Position numbers and translations under genes: made by a program. Below, one piece after another: positions 49,205-59,222 of a DNA stretch of 59,697 bases. The notes beneath the pieces are model-generated. The model worked only from the letters and a program-made list of their open reading frames with translations. It was not told the DNA's origin and made no database searches. The DNA lies in IMG/VR virus record IMGVR_UViG_3300032007_000013, one strand, 5' to 3'. This stretch comes from a virus. Taxonomy: Duplodnaviria; Heunggongvirae; Uroviricota; Caudoviricetes. The first letter of the stretch is position 1. Every line of letters begins with the position of its first letter.

Positions 49205-49660
49205 ATGACAACCATGTGCGTTCCTGACGTGTTCCCCACTATCAAGAATAAGGGTATCCGAGCACAGGCTAATATGACCGCCGCTTGCGGACAAAAGTAC
49301 CTTGCCCATGACGGCAAGGCATATGACCATGCTTCTGACATTGAGTATATGGGCTATCATATCAGCGTTAAGGCGTACCACTTCACCCTTATGAGCGGTA
49401 CGCTGTGCGAAGGTAAGGACACTATCAACGACATATGGGATGTATATGCTCGCTCCACTCACAGCGACCGCTTCGCATATGTCCTCGGTGAGACAGCATA
49501 TATTATGAATATCGTTGAATTTGAGAAGTTTGTCAAGCTGTTCTGTGAGATTGAGCGTGAAAGCAATCACAGCGACAGACAGCATACTGGTAGCGTCAAA
49601 GTTCGTGCCAAGCGTTGCGAAGGCAATATGGCGAAGTGGTTCGCCCATATGATGGCCTAA
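49205..49660 (+). CDS. Hypothetical protein, paralog of 47022-47456
   Basis: AAGGAG SD and sequence similarity as described for 47022-47456. Confidence 0.7.
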   Translation: MTTMCVPDVFPTIKNKGIRAQANMTAACGQKYLAHDGKAYDHASDIEYMGYHISVKAYHFTLMSGTLCEGKDTINDIWDVYARSTHSDRFAYVLGETAYIMNIVEFEKFVKLFCEIERESNHSDRQHTGSVKVRAKRCEGNMAKWFAHMMA

Positions 49661-49786
49661 TCCATATGCCCGGGCGGCAACATATACAAAGCCGCCCGCT
49701 CCAATTTGTGCAATATGCTGACTTGACAAATATAAAAAAATTTGGTAAAATATATATACAAAAGATAAAGAAAGGAATTGATAAAA

Positions 49787-50221
49787 ATGACGATTTGGTT
49801 TGATATGGATGGAACGATTGCCGACCTGTATGGTGTGGAGAATTGGCTCCCGATGCTTCGGGCAAGCGATCCTACCCCCTATATGGTCGCCCGTCCGCTG
49901 GTAAATCTGTCTATTCTGGCAAGGATGCTGAATAAGCTCCAGAAACAGGGCTATGAAATCGGCGTGATTAGCTGGACTTCCAAGACTGGCACTCCTGACT
50001 ATAATGCCGCTGTGACTGCCGCCAAGTATGCGTGGCTGTCTAAGCACTTGCCGTCTGTGGATTTTGACGAAATCCATGTTGTTCCCTACGGCACTCCCAA
50101 GCAGGTCTTTGCCCATTCTGACGATGATATTTTGTTCGATGATGAAGCAAAAAACCGTGAAAACTGGACTGGATTGGCTCTGGATGTTACCGATATTATT
50201 GGTGCTTTGAAAGCCCTCTAA
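49787..50221 (+). CDS. HAD-superfamily nucleotidase-like protein
   Basis: WFDMDGTIADL, K..WL.KHLP, K, ILFDD...N...W. Confidence 0.8.
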   Translation: MTIWFDMDGTIADLYGVENWLPMLRASDPTPYMVARPLVNLSILARMLNKLQKQGYEIGVISWTSKTGTPDYNAAVTAAKYAWLSKHLPSVDFDEIHVVPYGTPKQVFAHSDDDILFDDEAKNRENWTGLALDVTDIIGALKAL

Positions 50222-50336
50222 GCCCCTTAAATGGGGCTTAAAAGCCCGGGCACTCTTCCCCATTTTTGTGCATTTTGCCTAATTGACAAATTCCAAAAGT
50301 AAGAGTATAATGAGGGTACAGAAAGGGGATAGAGCA

Positions 50337-51169
50337 ATGGACAAAGAAAAGCAGATTTTGAACTACATGCAGAAACTCGGTCTTACTCGTAAAGAGGCTG
50401 AACAACTCTATAAAGACGAAGAGGAAGACAATCTTCCCGAACTGACCGCAGACCAGAAGAAAGTGGAAAAAGAAATGCGGCAGGCTGACCGCAAAAAGGA
50501 AACCACTCCACGCAAGCGGGAACGCAAACCCGATGAAGATAAAATTGCGATTATCCAGCAAATCATGCTTGCATTACAGCATGATGTAGATGGACAAACT
50601 ATCACTGTTGTAAATCCTGAGCGAGAAATTGAATTTGACTTTTTAAGTAATCATTATCGCCTTGTGCTGATGAAACCAAGAAAGGAAAAAGAAAAATGAA
50701 AGTTGTTGAAGTAGGTAAAAAAGCCAGAGAAGTGCCGCTTTCTTCTCTGAAATTAGGGGATACGTTCATTTTTGATTCGAGAATTGGCATGGTTGCTTCC
50801 CGCAATGGACATGATTTTCCACTAGATTTAGTTTTCGGTCGAGAATTTTGTTTGCCCTTTGAGGGAAGAGAATGGATACCCCATGACCAGCCCGCTATGC
50901 TCTCTCCTTCTACAATGGTAACCCCTGTTGATTGCGAATTACAGTATCGGCTTAAATATTAAGCCGATACATTATTTAACAAATAAAAAAAGTTAACATA
51001 ATAAAGTTTTCATTTCATTATTGACAAAGCCATTTTCTTATGTTATAATTAAGATGTTCCAAAAGGAAATGAATTTTTGAAAGGAGTTTTTGAAATGACC
51101 ATTTGGCTATGGGGAATTGCGGGCGGAGTTGTTGTTATCCTTCTCTACATGTGGCTGGGCGATAAGTAA
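50337..51169 (+). CDS. Three ORFs (50337-50699, 50696-50962, membrane peptide 51095-51169)
   Basis: SD-led. The first two overlap by ATGA. Confidence 0.65.
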
Positions 51170-51263
51170 GCCCAGCCTAACCGCCCGGGCAATTTGTTAA
51201 GAAATTATCAAATGATTTTTTGAAATACCCTCTTGACATTCTCTAAATCATTTGCTATAATAT

Positions 51264-51437
51264 AATTGTTCCAAGGGAAAGCGAAGAGAAGCGAGAAGCC
51301 CATAGAAGCCGGCGAGATGGGTGATGCAGTCGCCATACCACTACCCTATGGGATCAAGGGGGATTCTCTTGAATCGCGAGTCAAGCGGAGAGAGGGAAGA
51401 ATGTTCCCGCCGATAAAAAGAAACCCCCTTGTTTTTT
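51264..51437 (+). ncRNA. Structured ncRNA candidate
   Basis: Promoter at 51233. Stems CCCATAG/CTATGGG and CAAGGGGG/CCCCCTTG followed by a T-run. No ORF. Confidence 0.45.
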
Positions 51438-51513
51438 GAAATGAAATTCAAAATGCCCTCTTGACAAATCCTAAAAAGTATGCTATAATGTAAATGTAAG
51501 TAAGAAATGATAT

Positions 51514-51600
51514 GCGTGGGTGCTGGAACTGGTATACAGATTGGTCTTAAAAACCAATGCCCAAATGGGATTGGGGGTTCAAATCCCCTCCCACGCACCA
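51514..51600 (+). tRNA. tRNA-Leu (anticodon UAA)
   Basis: Acceptor stem GCGTGGG/CCCACGC plus ACCA. Anticodon arm TTGGT-CTTAAAA-ACCAA, long variable arm, GTTCAAATC T-loop. Own promoter at 51461. Confidence 0.95.
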
Positions 51601-51691
51601 ATTTAAAAAGGTAGACAAATTTTTTGGCAGACTAAATTAATAAATTAAAAATAATTTTCATAATAAAATAGAAAAGGATGTGATTTTTATT

Positions 51692-52189
51692 ATGAAAAAA
51701 TATACAAAAGAATGGTTAACTGAATTATGTCAATCAAGCTATTCGTATGCTGAAGTTTTAGCAAAAGCTGGTAGAAAACCAGGTGGTGGGAATCAACAAA
51801 CATTAAAGACAAAAATTCAAGAATTTGGCATTGATATTTCTCATTTCACTGGCCAACGATGGTATGATTCACCAAATCAAAATGCTGAAACATTACATAA
51901 AAGTCATGAAAAATATACTTTAAAAGAAGTATTTACAGAAAATAGCCCTGTAACACAAAAAATATTACGAGGCTATATTGAAAGACACAATTTATTAGAA
52001 TATAAATGTGAAAAATGTGGTTGTAATGGGGAATGGCAGGGTGGAATTATTTCATTAGAATTAGACCATGTAAATGGAAATAATACTGATAATAGATTAA
52101 GCAATTTACGATATTTATGTCCCAACTGCCACGCTTTAACTGATACCTATCGAGGGAAAAATAAAGCCCTCAAAAATCAAAATAGATAA
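51692..52189 (+). CDS. HNH endonuclease (putative homing)
   Basis: CEKCG...LELDHVNGNNTDNRLSNLRYLCPNCH. AT-rich, directly after the tRNA. Confidence 0.9.
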   Translation: MKKYTKEWLTELCQSSYSYAEVLAKAGRKPGGGNQQTLKTKIQEFGIDISHFTGQRWYDSPNQNAETLHKSHEKYTLKEVFTENSPVTQKILRGYIERHNLLEYKCEKCGCNGEWQGGIISLELDHVNGNNTDNRLSNLRYLCPNCHALTDTYRGKNKALKNQNR

Positions 52190-52439
52190 CCTCCTATCTC
52201 CTTTCTTTCTCTCCTTTCTCTTTTTGTACGGTTCCTACCCTATGGGTAGGAATTGTGCCCGGGCGAAAGATTGTGAAATAAATAACTTTTGAAAAAGGTA
52301 TTGACTTTTAGAGAAAAAAGAGTATAATAATAATTGTCAAGAGGAAGGATATAGCCCAAAAAAATAAATGACCGCGTGGGTGTTTCGTGCGGGATATAAA
52401 AACTCTTGATATAAAAATAATGTAAAAGGTGACAAAAAA

Positions 52440-53728
52440 ATGAACATTATTGGTGGAATCTGGCTTATGACGACAGTTTTGGTTTTCTCTTTATTTACTT
52501 CTGTATTTCTTACAGCCAAGGAGAAGTTCAAAACAAAGCATCCAACAGCAAAAATAGAAAAGAGTCTATTTGGAGAAAAAATCTACGGGTATGTAATGGT
52601 TTTTGTTATCATAACTGTACCGATTTTTCATCTTCTTGCTTTATTCATCTTAGCTACTCAGTATGATGATATCGTAGAAGGTACGATTTCTAAAATAGAA
52701 AATAAAATTATTTCAGAGGAATAAGGACTATTTTATTAGTCCTTATTCTTTTTTGGTTGAAAATTTTAAAAAAAAATTATATAATTATTATAGAAAATTA
52801 AAGAAAAGGAATTGGTAAAAAATGATTGTTACTATTAAAGACCAGAAGAAAGAATTTAACGCTCACATTGATAATCTTGTGGCAAAGTGCCCGGGCGATA
52901 AGACTAAGGCTGAACTTTTTCATGAGTTTATGGCTAATGAAATGTTTAATTGCTCTGTTGATGAGAACTATTTTTATGAATTTACTCTTGCTTTTGAAGA
53001 GTTTCTGTATTTTGCTTATCGAATGGATCCTACGAATTTTAAGTATTTTGATTTAGATAGATTTTATTTTTGATTTCCTATTGACAAATGTCTTTCAAGA
53101 TGTTATACTATGATTGTCAGGAGGGATATTGATGGAACTAAAAGAAATGATTCAAAAACTTGCCAATGCACTTGATAAAGAAAGTGATTATTGGTGTAAT
53201 TTTGCGGTAGCGAATACCACCAATCCGAATAAAATGATGTATGGTGCGGCGGTTGGCCGAGGAGCAACATACACTGAGGTTGTAATGCTGCTTAAGTTTA
53301 TCCTTAATAATGATACCGATAAATTTGAAGATTTTCTGGCTTCTTATAACGATATTAAAGAAAAAATATCAGGAATTAAATGAAAGGAGACAATAAAAAT
53401 GGATATTAGAAACATGCCTGCCAAAGCGGCTTATTATGAATTTGTCGTAGCGATTCCTAATGCTGACCATTATACTTTTCTCGGTATGTATGCCGATGGG
53501 CACCAGGCCGAAAGAACCGCTCTTGAATACGGTGGAATTGTGATCCACAATGTGCGGATTCACGGCTATCAGCCGCCTAAGCGTGAAAAAAAGTATTATA
53601 TTTTTAGTGGCTCTTGGTCTTGGGGATGCTGGGCTACTGACGTAGAAGATGCTGAAAGACAATTCTCTGAAGCCTATGATGAAGAGATAGATATTGACTA
53701 TAAGCATGAAATTGAGGTAGATGAATAA
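52440..53728 (+). CDS. Four ORFs (membrane 52440-52724, 52822-53073, 53132-53383, 53399-53728)
   Basis: SD-led ORFs from the supplied track, with starts adjusted. Confidence 0.65.
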
Positions 53729-53821
53729 TCTACCTCGATTGCCCGGGCGCGCGTTCACAAAAAGTTCATAATTTTTCGGCAAATACCTGTTGACATTCGC
53801 GCGCCTATCTGCTATACTATA

Positions 53822-54022
53822 ATTGTTCCAAGGGAAACGCACAAAATACCTTGTGAACAGTGAGGATTAGCAAAACATGTGACTCAAAAACTCACTATAA
53901 TAAAGAAGAGAAAAATGTTAACTTTGGCACGCTTCCCATCTTTGGTGCTTGTTTGAATTGAGAAACAAGGGGATTAGGATGGCGCTTGGGCGAGGTTAAG
54001 TGCGTAACGCTCGCCCAACGCG
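53822..54022 (+). ncRNA. Structured ncRNA candidate
   Basis: Promoter at 53789. Stems AGTGAG/CTCACT, CTTGTTT/AAACAAG and TTGGGCGAG/CTCGCCCAA. Confidence 0.45.
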
Positions 54023-54103
54023 AGAAATTTTATAAAAAAGACTTGACAACATCCAAAAGGTATGCTACAATAAATACAGAAATAAGGAAAAGGAGAAAGT
54101 AAA

Positions 54104-54334
54104 ATGAAAAGAATGAATTATAAGGAAGTTTGCGTTTCTATCCAGTGCCCTTTCTGCGGCAGAGGGCATGAGGTCGAAGTCAATGAGATTGATTATCTCA
54201 ATTGGGAAGATGGCACGCTCGCACAGGATGCTTTCCCCTATCTGTCTGCCACTGAGCGTGAGCAGTTAATTAGTCACCTGTGCCCCGCTTGTCAGGGTGG
54301 CATTTTCTTTGGAACTACTGGTGAGGAGGAATAA
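54104..54334 (+). CDS. Small Zn-finger protein
   Basis: CPFCG...QDAFPYLS..ERE.LIS..CPACQ. Confidence 0.75.
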   Translation: MKRMNYKEVCVSIQCPFCGRGHEVEVNEIDYLNWEDGTLAQDAFPYLSATEREQLISHLCPACQGGIFFGTTGEEE

Positions 54335-54336
54335 AA

Positions 54337-54606
54337 ATGAAAACAACTGGAATTGTGCGGCGTGTGGATGACCTTGGGCGTATTGTTATCCCCAAAGAGA
54401 TTCGGCGGGCTCTCCACATTAAAGAGGGCGACCCCCTTGAAATCTATGTTGATGATAACATGGTGTGCTTTAAGAATTATAAGTATCAGGCCGTTGAAGA
54501 TGCTTTTCAGCAAGTCCTTAATGCTTCTGCTGATTTGATTAACACTGAACAGCGTGATGCTATTATGGCACACATTAACGCTATCCGTCAGTTGGTATTT
54601 GAATAA
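54337..54606 (+). CDS. AbrB/SpoVT-family transcription regulator
   Basis: MKTTGIVRRVDDLGRIVIPKEIRR.L.I.EGDPLEIYV is the canonical AbrB/SpoVT N-domain. Confidence 0.9.
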   Translation: MKTTGIVRRVDDLGRIVIPKEIRRALHIKEGDPLEIYVDDNMVCFKNYKYQAVEDAFQQVLNASADLINTEQRDAIMAHINAIRQLVFE

Positions 54607-54711
54607 GCCGAGAGTTAATCTCGGCTAACCGCCCGGGCGGATTGTTAACAACTTAACAATCTTTTTTTGAAATAGTTATTGACAAATGCTATCTGCTATG
54701 CTATACTATAA

Positions 54712-55068
54712 TTGTTCCAAGGGAAAGGGAAGTGGTACCCCCTGAGTAACGGAAGAACTGGACAGCAAGCTTTCAGTGGTTAGGACTGTCAAGTACAAAA
54801 AAATTTCGGACTGATGACTTTTGAAGTATCGTTTTACCAAGTGACGAGAGATAGTTTCAAAGAAAACTGTCTACAAGTGAATTGGGTGACCTTTAGTTTT
54901 ATGGTTAAAGGTGGGTATTCCTTGGGGTGACAGGTTTTGGTTTCCAAAAAAGGAAAACGAAAATAGACAGGAACCCTAAAAAATCCAAAAAAGTTTTGTC
55001 AGAGGGAAGAATTATGAGGCATTAGTAGTAAGTCCTCCGAAAGGGTTTAACCGCCCTCTGACAAAATT
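54712..55068 (+). ncRNA. Structured ncRNA candidate (~350 nt)
   Basis: Promoter at 54679. Serial hairpins, ending in a 13-bp stem TTTTGTCAGAGGG/CCCTCTGACAAAA. No SD-led ORF. Confidence 0.5.
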
Positions 55069-55143
55069 TCAAAAAGCTCTTGACAAGCATTACATCATGT
55101 GTTATAATAAATCCAGAAGATGAAAAGAAAAGGAGATTTCAAA

Positions 55144-55452
55144 ATGAGAGTACACATTGAACACTTTGCCAGTTCTTACAGCATTACTTTCCACTCTGAT
55201 GAAAGTGAGTATGATGTTGAGAACTTCAGTTCTCTGGATGCGGCACTTGCCTATGCTGAGGAAGAGATTGACGTGCGGTGTCAGGCCACTTTCGCCACCA
55301 TCTGGGATAGCAACACCGGTGAAGTTTATGCTTCTTGCTCTTGGGATGATGAGTCCATCCCCGAAGAAGACTATGGAGCATGGGATGACTGGAACTATAA
55401 TGAGGATGAGGGCTTTGACCCCTACCTTGGCGAGTATACTTGGGACTGCTGA
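55144..55452 (+). CDS. Highly acidic small protein
   Basis: D/E-rich, ends GFDPYLGEYTWDC. Confidence 0.75.
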   Translation: MRVHIEHFASSYSITFHSDESEYDVENFSSLDAALAYAEEEIDVRCQATFATIWDSNTGEVYASCSWDDESIPEEDYGAWDDWNYNEDEGFDPYLGEYTWDC

Positions 55453-55643
55453 AAAACAGCCCCAGATTTTTTTATAGTTCCAAAGAATTCCAGTGAGCCC
55501 GGGCAAAAAGATTGTTAAAGAAATAACTTTCTCATCGTGAGAAAAAAATCTTGACAAATTTAATCAGATGTGTTATTATAATAATGCCAAGAGGAAAGGA
55601 CCTCTTGATAGAAAATAAAAAAATATAAAGGAGTAAAAAAATT

Positions 55644-56539
55644 ATGATGATGGTGTTTGGTGTGTGCGATAATGCTATTGATGCTTACCGTATGATGGAG
55701 TATGCGATGGAACTGATTGCTGCGTATAGCGGCGGCATTGACATCTATGATGATGATGACGACGATTGGAGATGCGGCACCTGAGTTCGATGTGGGGCAA
55801 TTACTTCAAAAACTTGAGGTAATTTGCCCGGGCGGATTGTTAAAGAAATAACTTTCAAAAAAAGTATTGACTAATGCTATATAATGTGGTATTATAATAA
55901 TGCCAAGAGGGAAGGAGATAAAAAGATGGATTATGTGTATTTAATCTGGGAAGATGTTGATAATTGGGCCGAGGATGGTGGCGGCACTTATCTTGTTAGC
56001 ATTTATGCTAATAAAGAAGATGCTGATAAAGAATGCAGAAAACTCAACGAAAATCGTCCTGCGAAAAATGTTGAGTATTTTGTAGATAAAGGAGCTGTAA
56101 AATAATGGAACTTATTTGCCCCTATTGTATTAAGCCCCTTGAATGGGATGATACGATAGATTATGATATTGGCATTGACTATGCTGATACTAAGGATACA
56201 GGCCATTGCCCTCAGTGTAATAGACACTTTCACTGGTATACACATTTTGTATTTTCTCGTTATGAAGACTTGACAGAAGACTAAACCTGTGCTATAATAA
56301 ATACAGAAAATAAGAAAGGAAGTAAAAAAATGGCGATTGTAATTGGACTTTTGATTGGGTACGCTATCAGTTTTCTTGCTAATGCTGGCCTTGTGTGGCT
56401 GCTGTGCTGGGGTCTGAAAGCAGTTGGTATCACCACTATCGGTGGTTGGACTGTGGCTTTTAGCTGGCCGCTGGTGTTGATTTTCACCGTTGCCTACATA
56501 ATTCTTCATGGCATCTTCGGTGGACACAATAAGAAGTAA
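55644..56539 (+). CDS. Small ORFs (55644-55784, 55926-56105, membrane 56330-56539)
   Basis: SD-led and promoter-linked. Confidence 0.6.
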
Positions 56540-56551
56540 GGAGGAACAATT

Positions 56552-56770
56552 ATGAAAGATAAGATTACTTATAGTATTGTTGAGGAAATCGCTGTTCTCT
56601 CTGTCCGTGGTAATTGGGCCCTTGAACTTAACCGCGTGGCATGGAATGGCGGCCCACCCAAGTATGATATCCGCTCATGGGATGTAGACCACACCAGAAT
56701 GGGCAAGGGCGTTACCCTCAATGATGATGAGATGGAGGCCCTGCTCGATGCAATGGCGGCAAGGAACTAA
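56552..56770 (+). CDS. YdbC/PC4-like ssDNA-binding protein
   Basis: W.LELN.V.WNG.PPKYDIR.W..DH..MGKGVTL..EE-like signature. Confidence 0.85.
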   Translation: MKDKITYSIVEEIAVLSVRGNWALELNRVAWNGGPPKYDIRSWDVDHTRMGKGVTLNDDEMEALLDAMAARN

Positions 56771-56885
56771 CCTTGCCCAATCGCCCGGGCAGCTTGTTAA
56801 ATAAATAACTATTAAAAAAGATATTGACAAATTTAATTAAGTATAGTATTATAATAATACCAAAAGAAAAGGAGAATAAAAAAAA

Positions 56886-57607
56886 ATGGATTGGAAAGAA
56901 AAAATTGCGGCAGGAATGAAAATGATTATAAAAGGGTGCGACCAGGAAGGTCTTCATTATGGCTGTAAAGGGTGCCCTTTTGACTCTATCTGTGATACCA
57001 TTTTAAAAGATGAGGAAAGCAAGTATTCTACTCCCGATTGTTGGGAAGAAGAAGGAATTTTCAAAACCCCTCTTGACACATTGTAAATCTTGTATTATAC
57101 TAATACCAGAAAAGAAAAGGAGATAAAACAATGAATCTCAAAAATATGACTATGGAAGAGCTTTGCCAGATGAAAACCGAACTCTATGATGAAATAGAAC
57201 GTCGTGTTAAAGCAGAGGAGCAAGCGGCCATCAAAGAATTTATAGAGGCTTTCACTAAATTGGCTGAAATGGCAGTAACTGTCACTTATGAAGATTATGA
57301 TGATACCTATACCTTAATAAACCCTGACAGATTCCATTTCACATCTCTTTAACCCTTTTAGGGTTAAAGCCCGGGCACCGAAAAGGGGCTTGACAAGATG
57401 TAAAAGATGTGCTATAATTAAATCACAAAAAAGAAAGGGAGAATAAAAATGATTACTTATACTGAGACTGAACTTAAAACTTGGTTCTTGAAAGAGGTAC
57501 AAAAGTATCCTCATTCTAACACTGAACAGCATTTGAAAGCGGTGTTTCATTTGATGTTTAATGAGGATGTAAAAGATAATTTGAAAAAAGTGCTTGACAA
57601 GGAATAA
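56886..57607 (+). CDS. Three small ORFs (56886-57086, 57131-57352, 57449-57607)
   Basis: SD-led and promoter-linked. Confidence 0.6.
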
Positions 57608-57654
57608 AAAGTGTGCTATAATAAAAGCACAAAGAACGAAAGGGGAACTTAAAA

Positions 57655-57804
57655 ATGGAAAACTTCGATAAAAGAATGTTGAAGAAATCTCCTGAAGAGC
57701 TTCAACAATATCTCGCTTTCCGCCGCAAGGCTGGTCGCGTGCCCGCTAAAAAGGGCAAGGGCGCGAAATATAATCGTAATGATTTCAAGAAAGAGGTGGC
57801 GTAG
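57655..57804 (+). CDS. Basic 49-aa peptide with ArfA-like KKGKG..YNR motif (ends at TAG; readthrough extends it to 57831)
   Basis: MENFDKRMLKKSPEELQQYLAFRRKAGRVPAKKGKGAKYNRNDFKKEVA. Own promoter at 57594. Confidence 0.55.
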   Translation: MENFDKRMLKKSPEELQQYLAFRRKAGRVPAKKGKGAKYNRNDFKKEVA

Positions 57805-57805
57805 G

Positions 57806-58826
57806 ATGAAGAGTCCAAGATGGCAGATTGAATACCACTGGATAAACGATGAGGGCATTTGTGAGACTTATCGTTATAGCCATGTCTTTACTAATCTTGA
57901 TGCCGCTGTCAAGGCTTATGAGGATTATGTAAGACTTGAAGGCGGTGGATGGTATGACCTGATTGAGATTACTGAAAAAGTAATTTCTCTTTAAGAAAGG
58001 AAATAAAAATGTATAATGAATTACCTTTTTATATCCTATGGGGGAAATATTATAATCCTGTTTTAGATGCCTATACTGAAAAAATGTTAGGCTGTTATAG
58101 GGAAGAGAGTAATGCCAACAGAATGGCTAATACTCTGCGAAAAATGAAACCTGTATGTGAATACTTTGTTTCTACTGAATTTTTCTGTGATTAAGAGGGC
58201 GCAAAGCCCTCTTTTTTGCCCGGGCGCATGTTCACAAAAAATTCATAAATTGTCTATTGACATTCTCTTAATCCAGTAGTATAATACAATTACCAAAAGG
58301 AAAGGAAATAAAGAAAATGGATGAACAGCTTATAAGAGATTGCCTGCGGATGTTACGAGATCGCAAAAATTATTACCAAAATACTATTAAAAATGGCAAA
58401 AGTCTTAATCTTGATGCTGACTATGCCGCGGCTGGGGCTTATAGTTCTGCCGCAACTATGTTAGAATATGCTATTAAGAAAGATAAAGAAATTCTTGCTC
58501 AATTTGATTACTACAAAGAAAATTAAGGAAAGGAAGTAAAAAAAATGAATGAAATGTCTAAATTGATTGCCCTACTTGAAAACGCGCATGTCCCTTATGA
58601 AACTCGTCCGCATTGGAGTGGTAGTATTCAGGTTGGTTATCCCAATTTTGAAAATACTATTTGTGATGTTATCTATTTTCCTGGCAGTTATGGCTATGGA
58701 CAGGGACTGCTGGAAATTATGGGCCTTGTTGATGAGGAAGAAGTTGGAGAAGGCGTTGAAGGTTATCTGACCGCAGTTGAAGTTTTTCAGCGCATCTTCA
58801 AACATTATAGATACGGCACGATTTAA
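57806..58826 (+). CDS. Four small ORFs (57806-57994, 58009-58194, 58317-58526, 58545-58826)
   Basis: SD-led ORFs. Confidence 0.65.
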
Positions 58827-59222
58827 GCCTTACGGGGCTTAATCGCCCGGGCGGATTGTTAAATAAATAATTATTAAAAAACCTATTGACTTTTTAGAAA
58901 AAGAGAGTATAATAATAATTGTCAAGGGGAGAAAGAAAACAACCTCTCTCAGGCACATAACCTGATGTAAGTAAAATCAAATCTCTTCAAAAAAATAAAA
59001 AAACCCCTTGACAAATTGCCCTCTCTATGATATGATGTAAGTACAGTAAAGGAAGAGGACAGAGGCATCAAGAACGGTTCAAAAAAAAGATAAAAACCCT
59101 CTTGACAATTCGCTCAACCTATGCTATAATAAGTATGTAAGGTAAAGGAAAAGAAACGGAGCCTTGTCCTACTAAAAGGCTTTAGAATCTGGTAGGTAAA
59201 TCTTTTGAAAGAGGTAGATACT

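Noticed and set aside
49184-50263. 359-aa minus-strand ORF and other antisense ORFs in 35-59 kb
   Set aside because: Shadows of SD-led, promoter-driven plus-strand genes, with no SD or recognisable motifs.
51514-51600. Amber suppressor tRNA
   Set aside because: The anticodon is UAA (Leu), not CUA. I saw no suppressor tRNA in this window.
52230-52252. CsoR-like operator TACCC-N-GGGTA (also at 59637)
   Set aside because: More simply explained as terminator hairpins after genes.
54828-54860. Hammerhead ribozyme suggested by CTGATGA
   Set aside because: No stem II followed by GAAA in the required position.
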